Positions 48,525 to 57,624 of a stretch of 64,000 nt of DNA are shown here, in pieces (within the stretch, counting starts at the first letter, position 1; each line of letters starts with the position of its first letter). Where the stretch lies: contig CAWFFN010000009.1 in assembly GCA_963815115.1 (NCBI GenBank), positions 1,024,001-1,088,000 on the forward strand, in the 5' to 3' direction. Source of the stretch: an uncultured delta proteobacterium. Its GTDB lineage: Bacteria > Desulfobacterota > Binatia > DP-6. The notes beneath the pieces are model-generated. The model worked only from the letters and a program-made list of their open reading frames with translations. It did no database searches and was not told where the DNA came from. The translations under genes and the position numbers were made by a program.

Positions 48525-49283
48525 TCAATCGAGCCAGCGGTTGATCGCCCAGGTGCGCCACTCGTTGGTGAGGATGGTGTGCTGCACGGCCCGCCGGACG
48601 CGGCGCTGGATCGGCACGCTGATGCAGGCCTGCTGCATAAGCTCGAGCGCCTTGTCGCCGTGCTCCGCCTCGGCGTAGGCGTGCACCTCGAGGTCCTTCA
48701 CCTTGATGCCGTAGTGCTTCCACAGGCCCTGGTAGAGCGTCTTCGCGTAGCCGCTCCGTCCCGCGGCGCGCTCCCGCGCGTAGCCCAGCGCGCCCAGCGC
48801 CTCCTCGTAGGACCGGCGACAGTAGTAGAGGAGCGTGTACACGGAGCCGATCGTCTCGGGCATGGGAACGTAGCCGCGCACCTCCTCGTCGGGGATGCCG
48901 AGCGCGCGCGTGTACTCCACCTTCATCAGCACGTGGTTGGGGTCGCGCAGGTAGCCGGTCTCGTCCGCGAAGTTCTGCGCCCAGTGGGCGTAGTGCTCGG
49001 AGTCGTCCATCACGAAGGCGTCGGTGTCGGGCGCGTTCGCGATCAGCAGCGGGAACTCGGGCGTCATCCAGAGGCCCAGGTAGTAGAGCTCCTTGGCGTA
49101 TCGCTTGACGACCTCGATGCTGGCGGTGCCGTTGCCGATCGCCGGCACGACCTCGTTCTGCGTGTAGGGGCTGTGCGCCTCGATGAAGGCGTCGAGCTCC
49201 GCGAGGAACTCGTCGACCGGGAGGGGTCGCTCCGGGGCGCGGTCGCGCTTGATGACGTCCTTGAAGGTCCCCGGGGCGCTCAT
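48525..49283 (-). CDS. Heme-oxygenase-like diiron oxidase, paralog of 10779-11534
   Basis: WMTPEF, HWAQNFADETGYLRDPNH, GYARE, EVHAYAEAEH. Confidence 0.78.
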   Translation of the reverse strand: MSAPGTFKDVIKRDRAPERPLPVDEFLAELDAFIEAHSPYTQNEVVPAIGNGTASIEVVKRYAKELYYLGLWMTPEFPLLIANAPDTDAFVMDDSEHYAHWAQNFADETGYLRDPNHVLMKVEYTRALGIPDEEVRGYVPMPETIGSVYTLLYYCRRSYEEALGALGYARERAAGRSGYAKTLYQGLWKHYGIKVKDLEVHAYAEAEHGDKALELMQQACISVPIQRRVRRAVQHTILTNEWRTWAINRWLD

Positions 49284-49315
49284 GCGCACGTTCTAGGGAC
49301 TCGCGCGCCGTCGCG

Positions 49316-49870
49316 TCAAGGAGTACGAGCCGGCTCCCGGCGTGCCGACGCGCCGGGCGGGGGCGCCACGCGGCCGTGTTCCGCCAGCGCGCGCCGCGCA
49401 TCCTCGAAATCGGGATCGACCTCGAGCGCGCGCCGCAGCAGCCGCTCGCCCTCGGTCGCATCACCTCCGAGGAGGCTGGGCAGCTCAAGCAGCATGATCC
49501 CCTTGGCGGTGAGCACCCCGGGGGCGTCGGGCGTCAGCGCCAGGGTGCGATCGATCTCGCGTCGCACCCGGCGGATCGCGAACAAGTTGCCGAAGCTCAG
49601 CGGGCGGAGCTGCAGGCGGCGGCCCAGATTGCAGAAAACGGCGAAGTGCCCGGCCGCGTCGGCGTCATCGTGCTCCACTGCCTCCTCGGCGAGGGCGAGG
49701 CCACGCTCCAGCAGTGCGAGCCGCGCGGAGGTGTCGTTTTGCTCGGCCGCAAAACGACACAGGGCCAGGGCCTCGAGCCCCCGCGGCGAGCCGGGCAGCG
49801 TGTGCGCCCTGGCAGAAGTTACCGATCCCAGGAGAACAGCGGCGATCGCCCATGTGGCCCGGAAGGTCAT
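49316..49870 (-). CDS. Secreted TPR-like helical protein
   Basis: Signal peptide; ALEVDPDFEDARRALAE TPR-like end; ELPSLLGGD. Confidence 0.6.
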   Translation of the reverse strand: MTFRATWAIAAVLLGSVTSARAHTLPGSPRGLEALALCRFAAEQNDTSARLALLERGLALAEEAVEHDDADAAGHFAVFCNLGRRLQLRPLSFGNLFAIRRVRREIDRTLALTPDAPGVLTAKGIMLLELPSLLGGDATEGERLLRRALEVDPDFEDARRALAEHGRVAPPPGASARREPARTP

Positions 49871-50009
49871 GTGCGCCTGTCTCCGATCATGACGAAGCAA
49901 AGGGCGGGCCGATCGTCCAAATGTCCTCGACTACGTAAGACGCTGCGAGATGGATGGTCGGGGCGTTCACTGGCACGGCGCGGGCGCTCCTTGCTACTGT
50001 CACATCGGT

Positions 50010-51212
50010 TTGACGCCTGCCTCGCTCCCGCTCGAGGGGCTCCGGATCCTCGCCGTGACCCAGCTCGGCGCCGGGCCGTTCGGCATGACCTTCCTGGGGG
50101 ACCTGGGCGCCGAGGTCATCAAGGTCGAAGATCCGTCGACCGGGGGCGACGAGGCGCGTCGCGTGCCACCCTTCGCCGACGCCGGCGCGAACGACGGCGT
50201 CTACTACCAGGCCTTCAACCGCGGCACGCGCAGCCTGACGCTGAACCTGCGGATGCCGGAGGGGCAGGCGCTGCTCCGTCGCCTCGCGGCGCGGGTCGAC
50301 GCGGTCTACAACAACCTGCGCGGGGACCTGCCGGGACGCCTCGGTCTGGACTACGCATCTCTCCGCGACGCCAACCCGCGCATCGTCTGCTGCTCGCTCT
50401 CGGGGTTCGGCCGCACCGGGCCCCGCCGGGCCGAGCCCGCGTACGACTACCTCCTCCAGGCCTCCGCGGGGTTCATGAGCCTCACGGGCGAGCCGGATGC
50501 GCCGCCCACCAAGTGCGGCGTCTCCATCGTCGACTTCTCGGGCGGCATGCTGTCCGCGCTGGCGCTCATGATCGGGCTGCACCGCGCCCGGGAGACCGGC
50601 GCCGGCTGCGACCTCGACGTCTCGCTGCTTGACACCGCGCTGTCGATGCTCAACTACCTCGCGGCCTGGACGCTCAACCGCGACTGGCGTCCGCAGCGCC
50701 ATCCGTCGGGCGCGCATCAGAGCCTGGTGCCGAGCCAGACGTTCCGAACCGCCGATGGCTGGGTCGTCCTGATGGTCATGAAGGAGAAGTTCTGGACGCG
50801 GCTGGTCGAACGACTCGAGCGTGCCGACCTGGGCGACGATCCGCGCTTCCGGACCTTCGCCGGCCGCCTGCGGCACCGCGGCGAGCTCGTGCCGCTCCTC
50901 GACGCCGAGTTCCTGCGGCGCACCACGGCCGAGTGGCTCGAGCGCCTGCGCGGATTCGTTCCCGTCGCCCCCGTCTACGACATCGACGAGGCGCTGGCCG
51001 ACGCGCAGGTCGCGGCTCGCGACATGGTGGTCGCCGTCGAGCACCCGCTCTTCGGCACGCTGCGCGAGCTGGGATGCCCGATCAAGATGGAGGGGGTGGC
51101 CCCGCGCTACGAGCCGGGGGCCGCGCTCGGCGCCGACACGGCAGGTTTGCTCGAGGAGATCGGCGTGGGGGCCGACGAGCTGGCCGGGCTGCGCGCGCGC
51201 GGCGTCGTCTGA
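50010..51212 (+). CDS. CaiB/BaiF family III CoA-transferase
   Basis: PLEGLRI, AGPF, DLGAEVIKVE, SGFGRTGP, YD, LGADT. Confidence 0.9.
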   Translation: MTPASLPLEGLRILAVTQLGAGPFGMTFLGDLGAEVIKVEDPSTGGDEARRVPPFADAGANDGVYYQAFNRGTRSLTLNLRMPEGQALLRRLAARVDAVYNNLRGDLPGRLGLDYASLRDANPRIVCCSLSGFGRTGPRRAEPAYDYLLQASAGFMSLTGEPDAPPTKCGVSIVDFSGGMLSALALMIGLHRARETGAGCDLDVSLLDTALSMLNYLAAWTLNRDWRPQRHPSGAHQSLVPSQTFRTADGWVVLMVMKEKFWTRLVERLERADLGDDPRFRTFAGRLRHRGELVPLLDAEFLRRTTAEWLERLRGFVPVAPVYDIDEALADAQVAARDMVVAVEHPLFGTLRELGCPIKMEGVAPRYEPGAALGADTAGLLEEIGVGADELAGLRARGVV

Positions 51213-51234
51213 TCGTCCGGTCGTGGGCGTCGCG

Positions 51235-53838
51235 CTACGGGCAGGCGCCGCGCCCGCAGGCATAGCCGGAGCAGCTGCCCCAGGTGCAGCTCTGGCCGCA
51301 GACCTGCTCGCCAGCGCAGCTGCAGGCAGAGCGGCCGCAGGGGCAGCACAATTGCGCCTCGCCGGGGCTGCACTCGCCCTGGCCGACGCAGACCCCGGGG
51401 ATCCATTGACAGCTGTTCGAGCAGGTGTCGGTCCGCGCGCCGCAATTGCCGCACGGCACGAAGCTCGTCTGGCCCGGCGCGCAGACGCCTTGATTGCCGC
51501 AGGCGCTCCACGTGCACGCCGCCGTCAGCGTCTGCGTTCCGCAGTTGCCGCATGCCCGGGTCTGGCCAGGCGTGCAGGCCTCGGTGATCTGGGCGACGAA
51601 CGCGTCGAAATCGCCGAGGTCGTGAGGCTGGAGCGCATTGAGGACGGGGAAGTCCAGCGAGCCGGTGTTTCCCGTCACATAGGCTCCCATGCCACCCACG
51701 GCGATCGCGTTCCCGAAGTCCTGGCCGCTTCCTCCGAGATAGGTCGAGTAGACCAGGGCCGTGCCACTGGCAGCGAGCTTCGTGACGAAGGCATCGTATC
51801 CTCCCCCGCCCGGCCCCGGCTGCACCGCATTGGAGGTCGCGGGAAAGTCGAGAGAGGCCGTGGTTCCCGTCACGTAGGCCTGGCCCGCTCCATCGACGGC
51901 GATGCCGTTGCCGACTTCGTTGCCGCTGCCCCCGAGATAGGTCGAATAGACGATCGACGACCCACTCGCGTCGACCTTGGTGACGAAGCCATCGCGGTCT
52001 CCCGCAAAGGTGGGCTGGGCCGCGTTCGCGGTGACCGGGAAGTTCACGGAGGTCGTCTGTCCCGTCACGTACGCGTTGCCGCTGCCGTCCACGGCGATGG
52101 CTCGCCCGAGGTCCAGACCGATTCCTCCCAGAAAGGTGGAGTACCCCCACGCCGTGGCGTCGGCGTTGACCTTGGTCACGAAGGTTTCGACACCGACCAG
52201 GTGAAATTGAAACGCGTTCGGAGTGGCAGGAAAGTCCCGCGATTCGGTGTCTCCGGTCACGTACGCGTTGCCTCCCCCATCGACGGCAATGGCAGCAAGG
52301 TCGTCCACACTGGTGCCCCCGAGGTAGGTCGAGTAGACCAGCGCCGTCCCGCCGGCATTGATCTTGGCGACGAAACCGTCGCCGTTGCCGCCAGCCACCG
52401 GCTGGATCACGTTCGGCGTGATCGGAAAGACGGGGGAGTTCGTCTCTCCGGCAACGTAGGCATTTCCGGCTCCATCCACCGCGATGGCCCTGCCGCGGTC
52501 GTCCCCTTGCCCGCCAAGGCCGCCGGGCGCCCCGAGATACGTCGAGTAGACGAGCGCCGTGCCGCTCGGGTTGAGCTTGGTCACGAAGCTGTCGCGAATA
52601 CCCCCGATGGCCGATTGGAATGCGTTCGGAGTCGTGGGGAAGTTGGAAGATTCCGTGGTCCCCGTCACGTAGGCGTTGCCGGCTCCATCGACGGCGATGC
52701 CGGTCCCCTCATCGGCCTTGCTTCCGCCCAGATACGTCGAATAGACGAACGCCGTACCGCTCGCGTTGAGCTTCGCGACGAAGGCATCGAAGGCTCCGCC
52801 GCCCGGCTGGGACTGGACGGCGTTCGGCGTGATGCGGAGACCGCCGAGAGAGGCCGTGACGCCCGTTACATAGGCGTTGCCCGCTCCGTCGACGGCGATG
52901 CCATCGCCCTCGTCCGACCTGAACCCGCCCAGATAGGTCGAGTAGGACAAGATGGGATCGATCAGCAACGGCCTGGTGCGATCATAGCTCGCTACCACGA
53001 GCCCGATTTCCGGAGCGGGGTGCGACGTTGCGCCAGGAAGGATCACATAGCGACCCGCGACCGGCGTTCGTCGGCCATCCTGGTCCTGGTAGATCACCGG
53101 CCTGTGCAGCCGCACTGCACCGCTGCCGGTCTCGACGACCACCTCCCCGTCCGGCTCGATCCGTTGCGCGAGGGCGCGTCCCGCCTGGTCGCTGAACGCG
53201 AGGCGAATGCGCTTCGGGTCGGCCCCCGGCGCCACACGAAAGTCGTACTCCAGCTGCTGTTGCGTGCCGTAGTACACCACGTCGATTCCCGGGTAGACGG
53301 CGCGGTACCTCACCTTGGCATATGTCGGAACGCCGGCACGCCAGCGGTCGGAATCGTGTCCCAGGAAGTAGTTCACCTTGCCCGCCAGCTCGTCGATCCC
53401 GGTGACATGCGGTCGTCGATTGCTGCCGCGCAACTCCATGCGCACGATTGTCGGGGCGCCTGCGACGACGCTCGTCCGGTCGGCGCCCCCGGCCTGACGG
53501 ACGCCTGTGGCGGCGGGCCGCTCGAGGGCGAGCACGGCTTCCTGGTTCGTCAACAGCGCCGTGTAGCCCCGTCCACGACCGAGAAACCGGACCCGCGCGT
53601 CGCTCTGTCCGGCATTGGCTTCGAAGTACAGGGGAATCTTCGCGTACTCCCGTTCCAGCCGCGCCGTCACGGCCGGCGCGAGGACCGCCGCCCGCGTGGG
53701 CGCCCCCGAATCGGTGGGCACTGACGGGACACCTTCTGCCCGGGCGAAGGTGCACGCGACGATGCTCAAGAGCGCTCTGGTTACGCTGATCTTCCTCACG
53801 GCGGGTCTCCTCTGAAGCGCACCCGTTGCTCTCGTCAC
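51235..53838 (-). CDS. Secreted SBBP-repeat (seven-bladed beta-propeller) protein with Cys-rich repeat tail
   Basis: FEANAGQ..VNYFLG..VYPGID..LEYDF N-domain; about 7 YSTYLGG..IAVDGAGNAYVTG repeats; three CxPG(Q/E)..C..W..C repeats. Confidence 0.85.
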   Translation of the reverse strand: MTRATGALQRRPAVRKISVTRALLSIVACTFARAEGVPSVPTDSGAPTRAAVLAPAVTARLEREYAKIPLYFEANAGQSDARVRFLGRGRGYTALLTNQEAVLALERPAATGVRQAGGADRTSVVAGAPTIVRMELRGSNRRPHVTGIDELAGKVNYFLGHDSDRWRAGVPTYAKVRYRAVYPGIDVVYYGTQQQLEYDFRVAPGADPKRIRLAFSDQAGRALAQRIEPDGEVVVETGSGAVRLHRPVIYQDQDGRRTPVAGRYVILPGATSHPAPEIGLVVASYDRTRPLLIDPILSYSTYLGGFRSDEGDGIAVDGAGNAYVTGVTASLGGLRITPNAVQSQPGGGAFDAFVAKLNASGTAFVYSTYLGGSKADEGTGIAVDGAGNAYVTGTTESSNFPTTPNAFQSAIGGIRDSFVTKLNPSGTALVYSTYLGAPGGLGGQGDDRGRAIAVDGAGNAYVAGETNSPVFPITPNVIQPVAGGNGDGFVAKINAGGTALVYSTYLGGTSVDDLAAIAVDGGGNAYVTGDTESRDFPATPNAFQFHLVGVETFVTKVNADATAWGYSTFLGGIGLDLGRAIAVDGSGNAYVTGQTTSVNFPVTANAAQPTFAGDRDGFVTKVDASGSSIVYSTYLGGSGNEVGNGIAVDGAGQAYVTGTTASLDFPATSNAVQPGPGGGGYDAFVTKLAASGTALVYSTYLGGSGQDFGNAIAVGGMGAYVTGNTGSLDFPVLNALQPHDLGDFDAFVAQITEACTPGQTRACGNCGTQTLTAACTWSACGNQGVCAPGQTSFVPCGNCGARTDTCSNSCQWIPGVCVGQGECSPGEAQLCCPCGRSACSCAGEQVCGQSCTWGSCSGYACGRGACP

Positions 53839-53905
53839 GGGATGGGCTGGCGGTGACGAGATCGCGATACGCCCGCTCCGGTTGCGGAGGTCTCACGCGG
53901 GGGGT

Positions 53906-53934
53906 GCTACTTTTCGGGTAGCGAACCGCTACCC
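53906..53934. promoter_or_regulatory. Overlapping inverted repeats GCTAC-TTTTCGG-GTAGC and GGGTAGCG-AAC-CGCTACCC in the divergent intergenic region
   Basis: Visible palindromes upstream of the SBBP gene. Confidence 0.35.
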
Positions 53935-54016
53935 GCTCCAGCGGCTTGCCGTCGCGTGACTGTGATGAGCACGCCGCGCGTTGACCCGGCCCTGTCCGCC
54001 CGGGCACAACGGCGCC

Positions 54017-55210
54017 GTGGACCTGTCGTTCTCGCCCGCCGAGGAAGCCTTCCGGGCAGAGCTCCGGACGTGGCTGGCAGCGAATCTCCCGGCATCCTGG
54101 GCCGACGGCGAGCCGCCCGAGTTCCCGTCGCTCGCGGACGAGGTCGCGTTCCTGCGCGACTGGCAGCGCCGGCTCGCCGGCGGGCGCTGGGTCGGCATCC
54201 ACTGGCCGCGGCAGGACGGCGGGCGAGGCGCCTCCGTCGTCGAGAGCTACGTCTTCCAGGAAGAGATGGCCGCCGCGCGCGCTCCCGAGATCATCAACCG
54301 CATCGGCGTGAACCTGGTGGGACCGACGCTGATCGCCCACGGCACCGACGAGCAGCGGCGCCGCTTCCTGCCCAGGATCCTGCCGGCGGAGGAGCTCTGG
54401 TGCCAGCTCTTCTCGGAGCCCGGCGCGGGCTCCGACCTGACGGCGCTGCGCACCCGTGCCGAGCCGCGCGGCGCCGGCTGGGTGGTGAACGGCCAGAAGG
54501 TGTGGACCAGCTACGCCCAGTTCGCGCGCTGGGGCATCCTGCTCGCGCGCACCGATCCCGCGGCGCCCAAGGCGAAGGGCATCAGCTACCTGATCTGCGA
54601 CATGCAGGCCCCCGGCGTCACGGTCCGTCCGCTGCGCCAGATGACCGGGAGCGAGGAGTTCAACGAGGTGTTCCTCGAGGACGTGTTCATTCCGCGCGAG
54701 CGCCTCGTGGGACGCGAGCACGACGGCTGGTCCATCGCGAGCACCACGCTGGCTCACGAGCGTGGGACCTCACCGCGCCAGCTCGTGATTCACCGCATGC
54801 TGCTGAACGACCTCCTGCGGCTGGCGCGCGAGGAGCGCGACGGGGTGCCGCCCGCCGCGGCCGACCCGGTGGTCCGTCAGCGCATCGCGCAGCACGTGAT
54901 CGAGGTGGAGATCACGCGTCTCAACAACTGGCGCACGCTCACCCGGCTCCAGAAACGCCTGCCGCTCGGCCCCGAGTCGAGCTTCATCAAGCTCTTCTGG
55001 AGCGAGATGAGCCAGCGCATGCACGACACGGTCATGGCGCTCATGGGCGCGCGTGGACTGTGCTGGCAGCCCGGGCCGCATGCCGTCGTGGGGGGCCGGC
55101 TCGCACGCTCCTATCTCTACTACCGCGCGGCGAGCCTGTTCGCCGGCACCTCGGAGATCCAGCGCAACATCCTGGCGGAGCGCGTGCTTGGCCTGCCGCG
55201 ATCGCGCTGA
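54017..55210 (+). CDS. Acyl-CoA dehydrogenase family protein
   Basis: WCQLFSEPGAGSDL, NGQKVWTS, FNEVFLEDV, AGTSEIQRNI. Confidence 0.93.
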   Translation: MDLSFSPAEEAFRAELRTWLAANLPASWADGEPPEFPSLADEVAFLRDWQRRLAGGRWVGIHWPRQDGGRGASVVESYVFQEEMAAARAPEIINRIGVNLVGPTLIAHGTDEQRRRFLPRILPAEELWCQLFSEPGAGSDLTALRTRAEPRGAGWVVNGQKVWTSYAQFARWGILLARTDPAAPKAKGISYLICDMQAPGVTVRPLRQMTGSEEFNEVFLEDVFIPRERLVGREHDGWSIASTTLAHERGTSPRQLVIHRMLLNDLLRLAREERDGVPPAAADPVVRQRIAQHVIEVEITRLNNWRTLTRLQKRLPLGPESSFIKLFWSEMSQRMHDTVMALMGARGLCWQPGPHAVVGGRLARSYLYYRAASLFAGTSEIQRNILAERVLGLPRSR

Positions 55211-55340
55211 GCGCGGTCTCAGAGCGGGAGCGGACAGTCCACTGCCGCCGCGCGGCCGAGCATCCGGTCGATGATTCCCAGAACACTCGCGCCGACGCCG
55301 GGCTTGCGCTCCTTCCATGGGGCGATTACAAAATTGCCGT

Positions 55341-55553
55341 ATGAGTCATACCATCACGATACGCCTTACGCACGAGCTCGCGGCCTGGCTCGAGGATACC
55401 GCCGCACGAACCGGCGTGTCGCAGGGCAAGATCGTCCGCGATCAGCTCGAGAAGGCGAAGGCGGGGACGACGGGCCGGGCCTACATGCGTCTGGCCGGAT
55501 CGGTGCGCGGTCCGAGAGACCTCTCGTCCCGCAAGGGTTTCTCGCGACCGTGA
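55341..55553 (+). CDS. CopG/RHH antitoxin
   Basis: TITIRL..TGVSQGKIVR, GPRDLS; overlaps the PIN gene. Confidence 0.82.
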   Translation: MSHTITIRLTHELAAWLEDTAARTGVSQGKIVRDQLEKAKAGTTGRAYMRLAGSVRGPRDLSSRKGFSRP

Positions 55554-55957
55554 AAGGCATCGCCGACACGGGATTCCTGGTCGCGTTCGCCAACCGCAAC
55601 GACCAGCATCACGAATGGGCCGTCGGCGTTGCCGAGCGGATCGAGAGCCCCCTGCTGACCTGCGAAGCGGTGCTCGCGGAGGCGGCGTTTCACCTTCGGA
55701 ACACGGCAGTGGTGCTCGACATGCTCGAGGAGGGCCTGGTCGCCCTGGCCTTCGACTGCCGGGACCACGTGCCACACCTCGCCGCCCTGGCCAGGCGCTA
55801 CGCCGATCGCCAGCCCGACCTCGCCGACCTCTGCCTCATCCGCATGAGCGAACTCTACCCGCGCCACAGCGTCATCACCGTCGACCGTGGCGATTTCCGG
55901 GTCTACCGGCGCAACAAGCGCGATACGATCCCGGTGATCTCTCCTCCCGCCGGCTGA
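55550..55957 (+). CDS. vapC: VapC PIN-domain toxin
   Basis: ADTGFLVA..DQHH, VLAEA, DLAD, TVD..DF.VYR. Confidence 0.87.
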   Translation: MKGIADTGFLVAFANRNDQHHEWAVGVAERIESPLLTCEAVLAEAAFHLRNTAVVLDMLEEGLVALAFDCRDHVPHLAALARRYADRQPDLADLCLIRMSELYPRHSVITVDRGDFRVYRRNKRDTIPVISPPAG

Positions 55958-55980
55958 ACGTGAGGCACTCGCCGGCGCGC

Positions 55981-56013
55981 TTGACTCAGGAAGTAAAGGG
56001 ATCGATTCTTTAC
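55981..56013 (+). promoter_or_regulatory. TTGACT -35 plus inverted repeat GTAAAG-N9-CTTTAC, putative TA promoter/operator
   Basis: Immediately before ATG 56016. Confidence 0.55.
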
Positions 56014-56015
56014 CC

Positions 56016-56279
56016 ATGAAGAGCCGGATCTCGTCGAAGGGGCAAATCACCGTGCCCGTCGAGATCCGCGACCACCTGGGACTGGACCCGGGAACGGAGG
56101 TCGAGTTCGTCCTGCACGACGGCGAGGCGATTCTCCGGAAGGGTGGGGGTCTGAACCACCCCGTCGATCGCGTCTACGGGCGCTTGCGGCTCGCCAAGCC
56201 CGTCGACGTGCTGCTCGACGCCATGCGAGGACCGCGTCCGAGGCGCGGACCGAATCGCCGGCGTGGCCGGCGCGCGTGA
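56016..56279 (+). CDS. AbrB/MazE/SpoVT antitoxin
   Basis: ISSKGQITVP..IR..LGL.PG. Confidence 0.88.
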   Translation: MKSRISSKGQITVPVEIRDHLGLDPGTEVEFVLHDGEAILRKGGGLNHPVDRVYGRLRLAKPVDVLLDAMRGPRPRRGPNRRRGRRA

Positions 56280-56716
56280 GAACCGCCGTCGACACGTCCG
56301 TCCTGCTCGACGTCCTGGGTGCGGACGCCCAGTTCGGCGTGGCGTCACGCGAGGCGCTGCGCGCGGCGTATCGCGAGGGTGCCCTCGTGGCGTGCTCGAT
56401 CGTCTGGGCGGAGGTGAGAGCGGCATTCCCGGACGACGAGAGCTGTGCCGACGCCCTGCGCGTGCTCGGAATCCGGTTCGATGCGCTCGGGCCGGACGCG
56501 GCGACACTGGCGGGCCGTCTCTGGAAGGAGCATCGTGCGCGCAAGGGATCGGACGGCCGCCGCGTCGTCGCGGATTTCCTGATCGGCGCGCACGCGCGCG
56601 TGCAGGCCGATGCGCTCCTCACGCGGGATCGCGGCTTCTACCGGGCGTACTTTGCCGGCCTCCGCGTGAACGATCCCACCGACCGCGCCAGCCGCGCCCG
56701 GCCGCGGCCGGAATGA
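56276..56716 (+). CDS. vapC: VapC PIN-domain toxin
   Basis: VDTSVLLD, VWAE, ADFLIGAHA, LLTRD. Confidence 0.88.
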   Translation: MRTAVDTSVLLDVLGADAQFGVASREALRAAYREGALVACSIVWAEVRAAFPDDESCADALRVLGIRFDALGPDAATLAGRLWKEHRARKGSDGRRVVADFLIGAHARVQADALLTRDRGFYRAYFAGLRVNDPTDRASRARPRPE

Positions 56717-56736
56717 GCATCATTCGCTCACCGGCG

Positions 56737-56988
56737 TCAGTCCTTGCCGAAGAAGTGGGGCCGCAGCTCGGCCTCCGGTACGTACCGACAGGCCTGGCGG
56801 AACACCGCCTGGAGAGTCCCGGCCGCCAGCGTCCGGTGGACGGGAACCGTCAGCGTCTGTCGCGTTCCATCGGAGAGGACGCGACGGAGCTTGGCATGGC
56901 TGCCGCGGGTCGAGACCACCACGAAGCCACACGCGCCGAGGGCGCGAAGAACGTCGCGGCCGCCGAGCCGCCTAAGCCTCGGCGCCAT
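56737..56988 (-). CDS. hicA: HicA family toxin
   Basis: GF..RGSH, TVPVH, GTL. Confidence 0.85.
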   Translation of the reverse strand: MAPRLRRLGGRDVLRALGACGFVVVSTRGSHAKLRRVLSDGTRQTLTVPVHRTLAAGTLQAVFRQACRYVPEAELRPHFFGKD

Positions 56989-57517
56989 CGAGTCGCACGG
57001 GCACCTCGTAGCTCACGAGGAGGCGAGGCGAGGCGGCAAGGCCGAGCGAACGAAGGTCTTCCCCTTCGAGATGGAGCGCGATCGCCTCTTGGAGGTTGGC
57101 GAGCACCTCGTCGGCCGTTCTGCCCTGCGTGACAACGGCGATCTCCAGGCACTCGGCGACATAGTGTCGGCCGTCATACTCGAGCACCGCGTGGATCGTG
57201 CCGCGGAGTGGACGCTCCCTGGCGCTGCCGTACCGCGGTGCCGATTCCGCGACCTGGGCCGCGGGTGAAGGTGCGCGATCGATGCGGTAGGGCTTCGCAA
57301 TCTCGTACCGTCCGCGGGACAAGCGGCGAAAGTAGGGCCAGCGGCGCGCATGGTGCGCGGGAGCGTTGACGCAGCATCGGCTGGAGACGTGTGTCCGTAC
57401 GGAGTTCTCGTTGAGATGCGGCAACGCGCGAACGAGCTCCTCCGCAGAGAACGTCCAGCCGCCGCGTTCGCGACAGAGCCGCTGAGCGGCACGAAGGACG
57501 TCTTCATGGATCGCCAT
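56972..57517 (-). CDS. hicB: HicB-family antitoxin with an extra N-terminal wHTH-like Cys/His domain
   Basis: C-terminal YVAECLE..VTQG.T.DE..NLQEAIALHLE; N-terminal SVRTHVSSRCCVNAPAHH..RGRY. Confidence 0.75.
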   Translation of the reverse strand: MAIHEDVLRAAQRLCRERGGWTFSAEELVRALPHLNENSVRTHVSSRCCVNAPAHHARRWPYFRRLSRGRYEIAKPYRIDRAPSPAAQVAESAPRYGSARERPLRGTIHAVLEYDGRHYVAECLEIAVVTQGRTADEVLANLQEAIALHLEGEDLRSLGLAASPRLLVSYEVPVRLDGAEA

Positions 57518-57522
57518 GGTCG

Positions 57523-57552
57523 TGATTATCCCTGGATACACATGATAATCAA
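57523..57552 (-). promoter_or_regulatory. Inverted repeat TGATTATC-N13-GATAATCA overlapping a TTGATT-N16-GATAAT promoter
   Basis: Perfect 8-bp arms; ATG 7 nt after the -10 (leaderless-like). Confidence 0.65.
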
Positions 57553-57624
57553 GTCACCTGGACGGCGAACGCGAAGGTTGCCTCCACAGAGCGGCTCGCG
57601 TGAGGGCGCCCGCCGTGCTCCTCT

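Noticed and set aside
49971-49995. Possible sigma54 site TGGCAC...TTGC before the CoA-transferase
   Set aside because: GG-to-GC spacing is far from the required 10 nt.
51590-52960. Regularly spaced DNA repeats (GGTCGAGTAGAC.., CATCGACGGCGATG)
   Set aside because: These are coding repeats of SBBP propeller blades, degenerate at third positions; not a CRISPR array.
55211-57624. Prophage, integron or IS explanation for the TA array
   Set aside because: No integrase, transposase, convincing attC sites or target duplications seen.
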